Source: the human T2T-CHM13v2.0 reference genome, Homo sapiens
Strand: one strand, 5' to 3'
Length of the DNA: 64,000 nucleotides
Assembly: GCF_009914755.1 (NCBI RefSeq)
Contig: NC_060927.1
This document shows positions 47,648 through 62,340 of this stretch, in pieces (the first letter of the stretch is position 1; every line of letters begins with the position of its first letter). The notes beneath the pieces were generated by a model that was given only the letters and a program-made list of their open reading frames with translations, was not told the origin of the DNA and made no database searches. The position numbers were made by a program, and so were the translations under genes.

Positions 47648-47810
47648 AGCTGGGAGTGGTGGCTCATGCCTATAATGCCAGCACTTTGGGAGCTGAGGCA
47701 CAAGAATTGCTTGAACCCAGGATGCAGAGGTTGCAGTGAGCTGAGATTGCACCACTGCACTCCACCTGGGTGACAGAGAGAAACTCTGTCTCAAAAAATA
47801 AAATAAAAAC
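47648..47810 (+). mobile_element. Monomer-length Alu (left-arm 5' end fused to right-arm 3' end)
   Basis: 'gcactttgggagctgaggcacaagaattgcttgaaccc'. Confidence 0.8.
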
Positions 47811-48859
47811 TAAAAAGTAGCCAGCCATGCACAACCTCAAAAAAAACTCCCTACAATGATGCTAACAGGAACACTCCATTTGTCAAGGGCGGACTCTGTG
47901 CCAGATGCTATGCTGGGGACTCTGTGTGCATTACCCCTTTTCAATTTCTGGGAAGGCACTGTTCTGCTCCTGTCTTGCGGATGAGAAAACTGAGGCTCAG
48001 AAACTGTGGTGGCCTGTGTGTCCATTTGCCTCATCCCCTGGCACACGCACACACTCTCCTACCCCAGCTGCGGGAATGGAGGCAATGAAGTAGAGGTGGT
48101 CTCATTTTCTTTCCTTATCACCAGGGAAGAGCCAGTAAGTAATTCATTCAGTTGACAGGTAGCCTATAAAGAAGGCCACTGTCAACCAGGCACTGCAGTG
48201 TGGTGATGACAAGCTCAGATTTGGGGGTTTGGGGTTGGCTAAGAGCTGGGTTCAAATCGTGACTGTGCATTTGAACTACACAATCCAGAGCAAATATCCT
48301 CTCTGGACCTCCATGTTCCCCTCTGTAAAATGGGTGTGGAAGACCTCATAGGGCTGTTGTATGACTTAGACAAGAGATTGCAAAAAAAAGCATAAACTGA
48401 CACAGACAATATTCAATAAGTGTTAGAGAGGGATGGAAGCCAGGCCCTAAAAAGGTTAAATAAGCAGTGCTAGGCATTATAACATCAGTATTGTGCCCAG
48501 TCACTGCTTGGGCTTGAGCAAGGGGCTGGACCAGTGGGCTTCAGCGATCAGTGAGGCTTCTTGACAGAGGATCGAACTAGGTTTAGAAAAGACTTTCCCA
48601 AAGGGGAATGGACATTCCAAAGAGATGGCAAAGCTTGGAGAAAGACCTGTGGTTGGCCAGCCTGTCTGGAGCCAAAGGAGAGAATGACTGCCCAGAGCTG
48701 TGATTTTTTTGTCTTTTGCAGTGAGGAGCTTAAATGGGACAGTGGTGTATTGGGGAGAGTTATTTGGTAGCAGAAGACGCAATAGATGCTTTGAATTCTG
48801 CAAAACCAAACTCCCCTGTGACCAGTGGGGATAAAGCAGAGCCGAAGGGGACAATCAGA

Positions 48860-49048
48860 AGTGAGCACTGATACATGTTTAACAATCAGTTCTCTGGCAG
48901 GAGGGTAGGGGTGCCCTGATTTGTTTGCCAAATACTCCCACCATAGCCCATTTCAAACTGCCATTGCAATGTCACTAGGTACGGAGTTAGGAAGAGATGC
49001 ACAGTTGCCTCTCATGAGCTGATATGAGCCAGTTCCACATACCACTGG
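48860..49048. mobile_element. MER63-like (hAT-Blackjack) relic
   Basis: 'aaatactcccaccat..atttcaa..ggaagagatgcacag..ataccactg'. Confidence 0.65.
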
Positions 49049-49662
49049 GTTTCAGGAAAAGTTGGGAAAACTTGCCTCATTGGAACATGGGCTCCAATTG
49101 CTGTGGCTCCCATGGGAAACTACAGTACAGCCTCTCGAACGAGTTTCTCCAATGTGCTAGGCCCTACCATGAGACCCAAGACAGACTGTGTCCTAACTCT
49201 AGTGGGGTCCACAGTCTACTGGGGAAACTGGCATTAATCAAATAATTCCTCTAAGTGACACATTGAGCTGAACACTTGGAAAGAAGAGCTGCCTTACATG
49301 CAGAGCACTCCCGTGTTCTTTGTTTCAAAGCTGAAACAAAAGGTACATTGTCGTTATCTGTTCTGAATCAAGAACATAGTGTGTCCTCTAAGTTTTTCAG
49401 TACACTTTTGTTCACTTCATGATATTTAAATCAGGGTTGTTGTCATTACAACCCTTTCAAGACCTAGGGCTTGGATTTCAAGTGCCTTTTCAGGTGCCAG
49501 TGAAAAATCCATCAGTTTGCAACCAGAAAATCGTTCAGCGGAGCTTATGTATTTATTTATTAGTAACAACAGTCTGGATACTTCTCTGTAGTTCTCTCCA
49601 AATGTCAAGCCCAGGCTGGGCTCCATCATGCTCTGCGCACTTCTGTTTAGGAAACGTTTTCA

Positions 49663-50100
<438 letters not shown>

Positions 50101-50402
50101 GTGAGTCTGGTGATTGCAGGTCCCCCTGGGGTCCCCACTCATAGATGCCCAGCTCTCCTGCCTTTCCAGGGAAGAAGGAGTATCCTGTTAGAGCTTCCTT
50201 CATGGCACCGGTACAGTGAAGGACAGTGACCCTTCAGGCAGGGAGTGGAATCTTGGCTCCCCTTGAGGCCATTCACAACTGAGGATTTGGACCACTTCAG
50301 AGTGAAGGCAAAAGTCTCAGTTCTCTCTTCTCTTACCTTCCCTTAGAGCCCTAACATAGGATGGTGAGAACCTAACTCCAAAACAGAAGTCTGGGGAGCA
50401 AC

Positions 50403-50418
50403 TGCCAGAAGGGGGCGA
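50403..50418 (+). promoter_or_regulatory. CTCF-like motif TGCCAGAAGGGGGCGA
   Basis: One mismatch to CCASYAGRKGGCR. Confidence 0.45.
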
Positions 50419-51225
50419 TTTCCCATTTGCTTAAAAAAGATCAGAAGGCGAACTATAGAACAATTCTTCCTTCTTTTCCTCTAAGGAATGTGAGGAAGAT
50501 TTCTGACCAGAAAACTTGAGTAACTGAGATGGGCTACAGTCCAGAGTAGCTTCATCATAACTTCTCCCAACCTCATGGTGGTTCATTTGGAGGTGGCCCA
50601 GGGTGCAGACCTGTCCTGCCTCAAGCATCACTCTCTCAAGGAGAAAGGGGTGTCCTCATCCCCATGTCTAGGATGATTTGTTTGCCTCACACTCTCCTTT
50701 CAGAGACCCGGAGTCCTTTTCCTTCAGAGCCTCTCTATTCATCAGTAATGGTATTGGAGGCTTTAGCTGATGAAGGTCTGTCTCTTCCTTGTTTCCACTG
50801 TGTCCCCAGCTCCAAAACAGCACCAGGGACCATAACTGCAACTTCCTGACACCAAAGTCCATACTTCTCTAGAATTACAAATTTCAGATGTAGGTGAAAA
50901 CAGCCTCTTAGAGTATTATAGATGGATATTTTAAAATAAGACAACTAATTTCTTTGGGATTACAAAATAATATGTATGTATTGACCTAACATAACATATC
51001 AATTACCAAAAAAAGTTGTAAAACACCAGGAGTTCACATCCCAGAAATAACCATGATGAGCATAGTATTGCCTCATTTTGACCTTTTTCTCTGCATATAT
51101 AGATATAGACCAGGCATTCTCATAACATCAACTTATTTTTGAATAGTGTATTAGTTAAATTTTACAGTAATATACTCAGCATATTTTCAGGTGAAGTACC
51201 TCTAAATTTAAAAGCAGTGGGTTCC

Positions 51226-51507
51226 TTTTTTTTTTAAGTATGGGGTCTTGTTCTGTCACCCAGGCTGGAAGGCAGTGGCACAATCATAGCTCTAACTCCT
51301 GGGCTCAAGCTGTTTTCCTGCCTCAGCCTCCCAAGTAGCTGGGACTACAGGCATGCACAATGCCTGGCTCATTTTTTTATTTTTTTGTAAACATAGGGTC
51401 TCACTATGTTTCTCATACTGGTCCTGAACTCCTGGCCTCCAGCTATCCTCCCACCTCAGCCTCCCAAAGTGCTGGGATTATAGGTGTGAACCAACGCACC
51501 TGGCCTG
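51226..51507 (-). mobile_element. AluJ (antisense)
   Basis: Reverse-complement Alu. Confidence 0.85.
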
Positions 51508-51759
51508 GATTTGATTTATTAATCTGGGAAAAACGTATACCTATTTTTCCCTGAAGACAGTACTGTGAACATCTTTCCATATTGTTCAAAGCACGTTTCC
51601 AGCACATCTTAAAGCTGTAGAGTGTCTGCAGTCTACTCATCCAGTCCCCTGATACTGGAATTTAGGTTGCTTCTGTTTCACACTTCTTTTAACAGTGCCA
51701 CATTAAATATCCCTGGAGCCAAATATTTGCACAAATCTTTCATTATGTCGTTAGGTTGA

Positions 51760-52286
<527 letters not shown>

Positions 52287-52431
52287 TAGATTCTTAATTC
52301 TCCTTTTTCTCCAACTCCAACTCCTTCCTGCTGAGACAGCCTCTGGTTTGTGGGTGGAGAACAAAGCCTGCTCAGTGTTTGGCATCTGAAAAGACAAGGC
52401 TTCTTGCTGAGTTGAGGGCTTTGGTGCATGA

Positions 52432-52481
52432 GTGTGTGTGGGTGTGTGTGTGTGTGCGTGCGCGTGTGTGTGTGTGTATGT
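52432..52481. repeat. (TG)n/(CG) alternating purine-pyrimidine tract
   Basis: Direct reading. Confidence 0.9.
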
Positions 52482-53756
52482 GACTTCCTTCTGCCTTTAT
52501 ATGGGCTCTTAAAATGAGAGGAGCTGTGTCCTTTATGGCTGGGTGTGTGGAACCAGACAGGGCACAGAGTGGGGAGTGTTGTGGCCGTGCCCCACTTCCC
52601 CTTATAGTCTGCATGCCCTCCTTCTGGCCGCCCCACCTGGCTCTGCCTCTCAGGGGTGTCCTGTCTCCTCTGCACAGCCCCTGCCTCCTCCAGCCCACCA
52701 CCTGCTTTGCCTTGCTTTTGCTGTGTTTGTTTAAAAAAGCATGGTTGCAGGAGATGCTGTCATGGGTGGGGAGAACCCTGAGGTCACCCAGCTGTGTGGG
52801 ATCCAAAGAGCCAGGACCTGAGAAGGCAGACTCTGCCCTCTGCCACAGACTGGGAGGGAGAGGGCAGTCACGGCCGCCAGGGACACACCGTGTGCCCAGA
52901 CCAGGGCTTGCCGTAACTAACGGGTGGCAGGAAAGCTTTGAGGAGGCTGTTGAATGAGGCCACCTGGGTCACAACAGCTTTGCTAGTCAACCCAGAGCAG
53001 TATCTCATTTCGGCTCACATTTCTCGAACGCTTACTTTGCCCCAGTCCTTGCTTTGCCTGGACTAGGCACTGGGATGCAGCAATAACTGTGCCCTTCCCT
53101 GCACTTGACCGCCTCACCACCTAGCAATAGACCTGCAGGCATAATGGAGGGTGGTGAGTGCTGCGCAGTAACTGCTCTGGAAACTGAGAAGAAGGTGCCA
53201 TGAGTCCCCCTCCCTTGCCCCCAAGGAGGAGGGAGGATTAAAAGGTCACAGAGAACAGTGTGGTAGATGAGAGCAGCTTTCAGGCTGACAGCTGTGGGCA
53301 GCAATCCTGACTCTCACACTTGCCTGACATGAGGCCTTAAGGGGGCTGCTTACCTTCTGTGACCCTCAGTTTCTTCCTCTGTAAAAAGGAGACCATCACC
53401 TCCAGTTTGGTATGTAGAGGTTATGCAAGGAAAATGTTTAGCACTGCGCTTAGCACACAGAAGCCAGGGGATATTTCATAAATGAGGTGTCATTCGAGTC
53501 TGACCTTTAGTGTGGTTTGAGTTTTCCAGGCAGGGAAGGGTAGATGAAGATTCCATCCAGAGGGAAGGAAGAGGTGGGAAAATAAGCAGGGTTTGTGGAG
53601 AGCAGCTTGTAAAGTTTGTCAGGGCAGTCACTGACCTGCAGCAAGACCGTCTGCCACAGTTGTGAAGGCCACTGCTAACCAGGACAAAGGGGGAGCATGG
53701 GAGGTCTGTGAGCAGAGCGGTGGCATGACCAGATCTGTGTCGAGAGAGAGATCTGG

Positions 53757-53900
53757 GGCTGGGTGCAGTGGCTCATGCCTGTAATCCCAGTGCTTTGGGA
53801 GGCCAAGGCCAGAGGTTTACTTGAGCCTAAGAATTTGAAGTTGCAGTGAGCTATGATCATACCACTGCACCAGGTGGTAGAGCAAGACCCTGTCTCTAAA
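53757..53900 (+). mobile_element. Alu monomer/FLAM-like element in an L2 background
   Basis: Flanked by gagagatct repeats. Confidence 0.75.
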
Positions 53901-54159
53901 AGGAAAGAGAGATCTAGGGACAGTGTGGGGGCAAGAGTAGGGCCATTGCCATGGGTCAAGGTAGGACAGGCAGGGTTTGCTGACCAGTTGGACTTGAGAG
54001 GTCAGGGAGAAAAAAAGAATAGCTGTCTCTCCTTAAGATAAGTTCAGACAAAGGATGGGTGCCCTTAATCAGGGTGGGGAAGGCAAGATGCGAATTAGTT
54101 TGGCAAGAGGAGGAGCTTGGTGTTGGGCTTTCTGAGTGAGTGGTGCTTAGAGGAGGCTA

Positions 54160-55210
54160 GGAGACAAGGCTGGGCTTGCCTCACTCCCTGTCGCCCCCAC
54201 CCAGCAGAAGGAAGGTCAACAGAAGGAAGCCCCTTCTCTCTACTTGGCTACACATCCGCATCATTCTCTTCCCACCGCAGACCAGCTTTCTCTATGTTTC
54301 CCTACACATCGTAGGGAGATAGTTGCCTCCAGCCCCTCCAAACTTGCATCTCAAGGACTACTAGCCACAGACGCAGAATGATCAGCCACCTCTGATTCCT
54401 GGTCCCACATATCTGGGAGAGAGGATCTGCCTGGCCCAGCTCTAGTCAAATGTCTACTCCCATCAACTGTGGAAGGGAGGAAGGGAGTTGGGAGGGAGAG
54501 AATCCACCTGGCCCAATGTGGGTCATATGTCTCCCACGGAGGCTAGTGGGGGAGAAAGATGCAGGATGGTGGTTTAGGGGATACTGGGGAGGAGACTCTC
54601 AGAAAAGAAAACAATTAGGCAGGCACCCCAAAGGAGTTCGCTCCTGCAGGATTTCATCGTTGTTAGTGCTGCTGCTGCCTGAATTGCAGGCTGTTGTATC
54701 ATACCAGCTAGCTATGCTGCATACAAACTGCCCCCAAATTGAATGGCTTTTCACAACCATTACATCTGACAAATTTCTGGGTCAGGGATCCAGGAAGGGT
54801 TTGGCGGGGTGATTCTTCCGTCCCACATGACATTGAGTGAGGTCACTTAGTGGCATTTACCTGGTGGCTAAGCTGGTCTTCAGAGTTCAAGACAGCTTCA
54901 TTCTCATGCCTGGCACCTTGGTAGGGACAGCTGGAAGGCTGGATTCAGTCAAGTCCTTCTTCCTCTCCATGTTGACTCAGGGCCTCTCCATGTGGTTCTT
55001 CCAGCAGATGGTCTGACTTTTTATGTGGTGGCTTAGGCTGAAAGAGAGCGCTGCCAGTTGTCTTAAATGCTAGCCCACAGCTGGCATAGCATCATTTATT
55101 CTGTTGGTAAAAGCAGTCATATGCCAGCTCAGGTTCAAGAGAGGGGAAATAGACCCTGCTTCTCAATGAGAGGAGTGGCAAAGCCTTAGTGGCTGTCTTT
55201 TATCTGTCAC
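54160..55210 (-). mobile_element. MaLR (MLT1-type) LTR relics (about 54160-54520 and 54695-55210)
   Basis: 'tatgctgcatacaaactgcccccaaatt..tggctt', 'ctgggtcaggga', 'gacagctggaaggctgg', 'ggcctctccatgtgg'. Confidence 0.65.
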
Positions 55211-55240
55211 ATACATGATGTTCGAAATATGGGCAAAATC

Positions 55241-55535
55241 TTTTCTTTTTTTTTTTTTTTTTGTGGCAGTCCCACTCTGTCACTCAGGCTGGAGTGCAGT
55301 AGCATGATCTTGACTCACTGCAACCTCCACCTCTTGGGTTCAAGAGATTCTCCTACCTCAGTCTCCTGAGTAGCTGGGATTACAGGTGCCTGCCACCAAG
55401 CCTGGCTAAGTTTTGTATTTTTTGTAGAGACGGGGTTTCACCATGTTGGCCAGGCTGGTCTCGAACTCCAGGCCTCAAGCGATCTGCCTGCCTTGGCCTC
55501 CCAAAGTGCTGGGATTACAGGTGTGAGCCACCGTG
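55241..55535 (-). mobile_element. AluS (antisense)
   Basis: Reverse-complement Alu. Confidence 0.9.
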
Positions 55536-56576
55536 TCTTTTCCCTAAAAGTCACTATTACAAACAAAAATTCGCCTAACTAGAAGTTTTGTTCTATTTTA
55601 AAGTAGATGAAACCTCATCTCTCTCCCATAGTGTCATAGATAAAATCACAGTTGAACTCCTTTGGGGAAGAGGAGGCAAACAGAAAATGTTGGTGCAGCA
55701 TTTATGTCAGAGTGTGCAGTCTGTTGAGGCAGTGTTGTAATGTGATAAGGGGCTTGGTGGAGGGGATTTCTTTAGGGAAAAAAATTTTTTTTTCTCAAAA
55801 GGCTAACTATGACTTTTGAGACTTATAAAGTCTCAAAAGACTTTATAAGAGGTTAAAAGGGCAATTGAAATGTAGGATTATTTTAAAGACCTACGTATTT
55901 CTAGAACTTCAACTACAGACCTCTTGTTAACTCTGATTCCCATGTCTACAACCTAAGAATGATACATTATGTTTAGTGAATAGTGATTCGGTATCACACT
56001 GACAGTACGGTGCAGTAACCCAAAGACCTGTTAATTGATGGTCTAAACTCCAGCCTCATATTTGACTTATACGGGAGGTCTTAATGTTTCCGGCTTATTG
56101 CCATATTCCATATGTAATTTCCTCCATTCCTTTCAAGGGGAAAGCCACTGAGTGTTACCCAGCTGCCACTGCTGACCGGTTGCCCACTTCACTGAGGGCC
56201 TTTGAAGACAGCGGTTGGCGGGGACAGTGTTGAAGTCCTCTTCCCTTTACAGAACCGTGGCTCTTGAATGTCCTTCTAGAGTAGCTCTTGGCATTGCTAC
56301 CTATGGTCATTTGCTGCTGCCTTGAGGTCCGGAGCCAAAAGTGGTTGTTCCCAAAAGTGTTGCATAAACGTGAATCGTGACATGGTACTGAAAGCTGAGC
56401 AGAGCAGCTGGCCATGCCGCCGCATTCACAGCACCACACAAGCCTGAAGGTCTGCATGCTTTATGCTTGCAAGATGGCCAGCACCTTCACTAGGCAAAGA
56501 GTAGTAGGTCCCTACTAGGTGGCAGGCCCTGGGCAAAGGGACAAAGATAAATAAACAACAGCCCTCACCTAGTCTG

Positions 56577-57011
<435 letters not shown>

Positions 57012-59369
57012 TAAATCAGAAAGCCCTTATCGTGTCAGCAAGTGTCTTTTCCAGAGCTGAGCTCCAGGCTCCCTGCTGATGTGCTCAGCCAGACCAGCCC
57101 CTCATCTGCCTCTGACCCTGTGCAGCTCCTGGCGGCCTTCAAGAAAGCCCATCTGCTGGCATCTCAGGCATCTTCTCATGCTTGGCGGCAGCAGGCCCTG
57201 GCTCTGACACAAAATCCACAATGAGGGCCCCAAGCTAACCAGACCGCTCTTCAAATTCTGAAATGGATCCTAATCAGCTTTCCCAAAGCTGAGATGTTAG
57301 CAGACACTGGGAGCCATAATTTAAACTTTATGTGCGAGGATTACAGTAGCCAGCCAAACCACCATGCAGGAAGAAAACTTTGAAATATGAAATGCTTTTA
57401 AAGGAAGAAAAGTCCAAATGAGTCCCCTCTCCTTTCCTGCAGCTCCTGACTGGGTTGGAAGATGCCTGGGCCTGGCATCTCTTCAAGACAATCATAAAGG
57501 CCTGTTTAGGAGGAGAAAGTTAAATTGCTCAGAGGTGCAGGAGGGATAACAACTTTGTGTGTGACTGGCACCTTTAAGAAATACCTTCAGCTTATATAAG
57601 CCAGCCTGGTTTCTGTGGAAAGAATGAAGATGATGGGGTGTTTCTCCTTTTGAAGAAAGACACCCCCCTTCCCTTATTTAGGGCTCCAAGCTCTTCCCTC
57701 CCTGTCTTTCTCTCTGCTTCCCTCTCACCCTCCTCCCCTCCCCAGCTCTGTCCTTGTTTGTTTGCAGTTTGCCAAAACATACAGGCCACCACTCAGTGAA
57801 GGAGAGAGACCATATCCTCCCTCACTGCTGTCAACCAAGGACCCTCTCTCTCCCATTTGACCCTTTTGCAAACCGAGATGGTTTGGAGCAAAGGGAAGTG
57901 AGACTGCTTGGCCAGCCCTATGGCCATGTCTTCCCAGGAGGCCCAGGACCTACTTGCTCAAGTGGCAAAGAGACAGGCTGCAGAATGTGTTTGCCAGCCC
58001 TCTGAAAAGGGCTGCCTCAAACCCTCTATCAGCTGGGGCTGTTCCAAGAGCCTGCTGCTTTAGGACTGGCTTTGGGCTCATGGTTTTTATTTGAGAGCAT
58101 TACTTCTGACCTAAGGCAGAAACACTTAGAAAACAAATCTGTGAAATGGCTCAGAGAATGTGTAAGGTTTGGCAACCCCTCCAGAGGTCACTGGGTTATC
58201 ACCTTCCCTTCAAACTGGGCTGGGAGGGCATCCTTGCTTCTCCTCCAAAGAAAAAAAATGAACAGACACATGCCCATGTGCTTGCACACACACCCTTCAC
58301 ACTGCCTCAATTAGAACCATGTGCCAATGACATTCAGTGGGGGCTTGTTTATGCTTGGGAGTAAATATTGGGCTGATGTTGCACTGTCGACATCTCGAGA
58401 CAGAGACATGCTATGTAAATAGTCAAGTAACTGAAGAGAACTATAAACATGAAGTCTTGAGTTAGTCCAAAAAAGGAATTTGTCCCAGGTCCTCAGAATC
58501 ACTGTCTAGGAAGCAACCCAAAGGCCGCGGAGTGGGTAGGATCCCCCAAGAGACCAGATGTCATGGTGTTGTCCAGCTGGTCCCTCTCACCCTGCAGGGG
58601 GCTGGGGAGGAAGAGGCTGCTGCTGCAGGGTGGATACCCCAGAACTCAGTCAGGCCTCATGCCTCACGCAGCACCCATCTAAGTAAGGCTGTTTGGGGCA
58701 ATCTGTTGTTTCCCTAGGAGTTTTCTGGTTGCTTTTGGATACATGGTTATATGAGAAAATTGTGTATGTCTGTTACGAGGGTTCAGGGAGCTGCTCTTTG
58801 GAGCTGCAGGACCAGCAGACACAAAAACCAGAAAGCACACTGTTCCTTCGGCTTCCAGCCAAGCAAAGCTTGGCTTGAGTCACCTCCTCTAGGGTTTCTA
58901 TGTTTCTTCTGCTACAGATAGAACAGTTAACAGAGCCGCTTGCCCCTCAAATGGTGAAGCAAGCACTGGAAGGTTCCAGAAAAAATGCAGAAAAACATTG
59001 ACTCCATTGGCTTGGAAGTGAGTGTGGGGCTGCTGGGCATCCAGCTTAGCCCATCATTAATCATTTCCCAGCACCTTCAGGGTGGGCTCAGCTGGCAACA
59101 AAAACAGAGATTTGCCCAGTGTTTCTCAAAGCTCTCCCCAAGGCACCCATGCGTGCTCACATGAGCGGGTGTGTATGTCTGAAGGAGGCCTACTTAACCT
59201 TGGGATGTGCTAATTTCCCAAGTGTAGGGGGACTTTGGGTCCTGGCAGTAATGGAATAGGTAGGACTGGCTATGAAGTACTATAGCAGGCTGAAGGGGCT
59301 CGTGGGTTTCCTGGCATGTGTATGAAGAGTTACAGATTTAGACCATGTATCTCTTAAGCAAAGGAACTA

Positions 59370-59484
59370 CAGGTGCTCCTTGACTTATCATATTTTAAGT
59401 CAGAAATGCATTTAATACCCCAATAAACCCATCATAAAGTCAAAAAACTGTTAAGTCGAGGTATGGTAACTTGGGGATTATTTG
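59370..59484. mobile_element. Tigger-derived MITE (MER47-like)
   Basis: TA flanks, imperfect 23-bp TIRs, internal 'aataaacccatcataaagtc'. Confidence 0.65.
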
Positions 59485-59510
59485 TACTTGTTAGATCATC
59501 AAATTCAGAG

Positions 59511-59600
59511 TCACTATCTTTAGTTTAGTGTTTATCTTTAGTCTTTAGTTTTTATATTTTATCTTTAGCCATTATCTTTAGTTGAAGTCATTATCTTTAC
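59511..59600. repeat. Degenerate tandem repeat of TATCTTTAG
   Basis: Five copies in ~90 bp. Confidence 0.8.
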
Positions 59601-60355
59601 TTAAGGGGATGACAAAAACCTTGCTAAATTTAGTTTTTCACTTCCTCATTCCTGATTGACATTCTATTAGAAAATGTTAGCTAGGAAGACCTGTTCTTTA
59701 TTTATTGACTTGCATTTATTGAGAACTGTTGGGAATAATATTGTGCCTCTAGGGCATTTAGAAGATAACATGCTTTTTTCTGGTTCTTGCAAATTACTTT
59801 CGGTGACTTGTTCTCATGGGTTGCTTATTTTGAGTTTTTATTTTTAGAGAACTGATATTTTTTCTGTTCTTGATGAGGTAATCAGGCAGTCTCTATGTTA
59901 CATGAGTTAAGAGTCCTAGACTTACTTAGCAAGTCCTCAATTCTGACACTTATTATAAGACATCTGATCCAGAGCTGCATGTTCAACTCCATCAAGCCTT
60001 GCCTACTTTCCTCATCGGTAAAATTGACCTTAAAATCCCACAGTTCAAAAGACTATAAAAGTTAAATAAGTGAACATAACTGCATGTGTTTTGTGAATTC
60101 AAAGACCTCATAATCTTTTAAAATATTATTAAATTCTGTTTTATTTGTTTCTTTCAAAAATTAACAGATTTTTAAAAATTGAAAATTGAATTTTCAAAAA
60201 ATTTCTCAAAAATCTTTGAGAAAAATTGAGATGGGACAAAGACTCTGTGCCTTGTTCCCCCTTAGTGTGAGTCCTGAGTACCCAGCTGTGTGGCCCACAG
60301 TCTAGAGCCTTGAATTCACTTTGGGGAAAACAGAAAAAGCTGTCATGATGTTTCA

Positions 60356-60770
<415 letters not shown>

Positions 60771-61407
60771 CTATAGGGTACCTTTGTGCAAACTATAATA
60801 GTAAATAGCACCGCTTCCTAAAGACTCTTTACTTCCATCTGTCAGAAAAAATTCAGAAAACTCTGATTTTATGAGAACAAGACACTCTACTGCCATCTGT
60901 TGGAAAACAGTTATAATAAACTTATACACATACATGATATCTGTGATGTGAGTGGTATCCCCCAGCCCCTTAAATGCAGTGTAGCACCTGCACTACTGTA
61001 CCTACAACTCCCTAGCCATGAGAGTGCATTATGTTTTAAGAAATGGTCTTCAGACTCTAAAAAAAGGAAGACATACATCAGTGGTAGCTCTGATCTCCCA
61101 TCCAAGAGATTACGCATAGGCTGTGTTAGGAACAGGACTGGAGACCCTGCAGTGTTAGAGTGGGGCATAGAGCTTGCAAGGCTGTTTCAGCCAGGGGTGG
61201 GTGGGGGTGATTTTCAGGCCTAATGCTGACACCACTCCACTGAGAGAAAGAAGCTTGCTTCCGGGTGCCTGCAAGAGATGACAGTGCCTTCACCTTGTTG
61301 TTAGCAAGAATTGCATACATAAAAACTTGAGCACATGAAAGCCACATGTAAGAGTGAGTTCAGGTGCTCTAAATCCTTTCCAGATTGTTAACACACTGTC
61401 TATGTCA

Positions 61408-61836
<429 letters not shown>

Positions 61837-61886
61837 CTATCAGCTGTCTGTCTGATTCATTAAGTCAGCAAAAAAAATATTGAGTC

Positions 61887-62340
61887 TGTACCAGTTAACT
61901 TATGCTACTTGACAAACCACCCCAGTATTCAGCGGCTTAAAAGCAATATCCATCTATGCAGGTCACAGTTCTGTGGGTTGGCTATTTGGACTGAGCTCAG
62001 TGGGGCAGTTTGAGCTCAGCGAGACTTACATGTGCCTCTGCGGGCAGCTGGGAGTTGGCTAGTCTGGGAGGGCTTCAAAAAAAACTGGTCTCTTAGCAGG
62101 TTAGACATAGGCATTTGTGTGGAAGCAGGGCAGGGTTCTGAGAAAGTAATTGGAAGTGTGCACAGCCCCTTGGGGACTGTGTAACAGACACAACATCTCC
62201 TCCCTCTCATCCAATTGTCAAAGCTAGTCTCAGTGGAGAATCAAGGCTGGGAAAATAGACTCCACCTCACGATGGGAAGAGCTGGAGAGTCACATGGTAA
62301 AGGGTGTGGAGGGTATGTGGGCATCTTTGCAATTTATCGC
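61887..62340 (-). mobile_element. MaLR (MLT1-type) LTR relic
   Basis: 'acaaaccacccca..cagcggcttaaaagcaa..cacagttctgtgggttg'. Confidence 0.7.
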
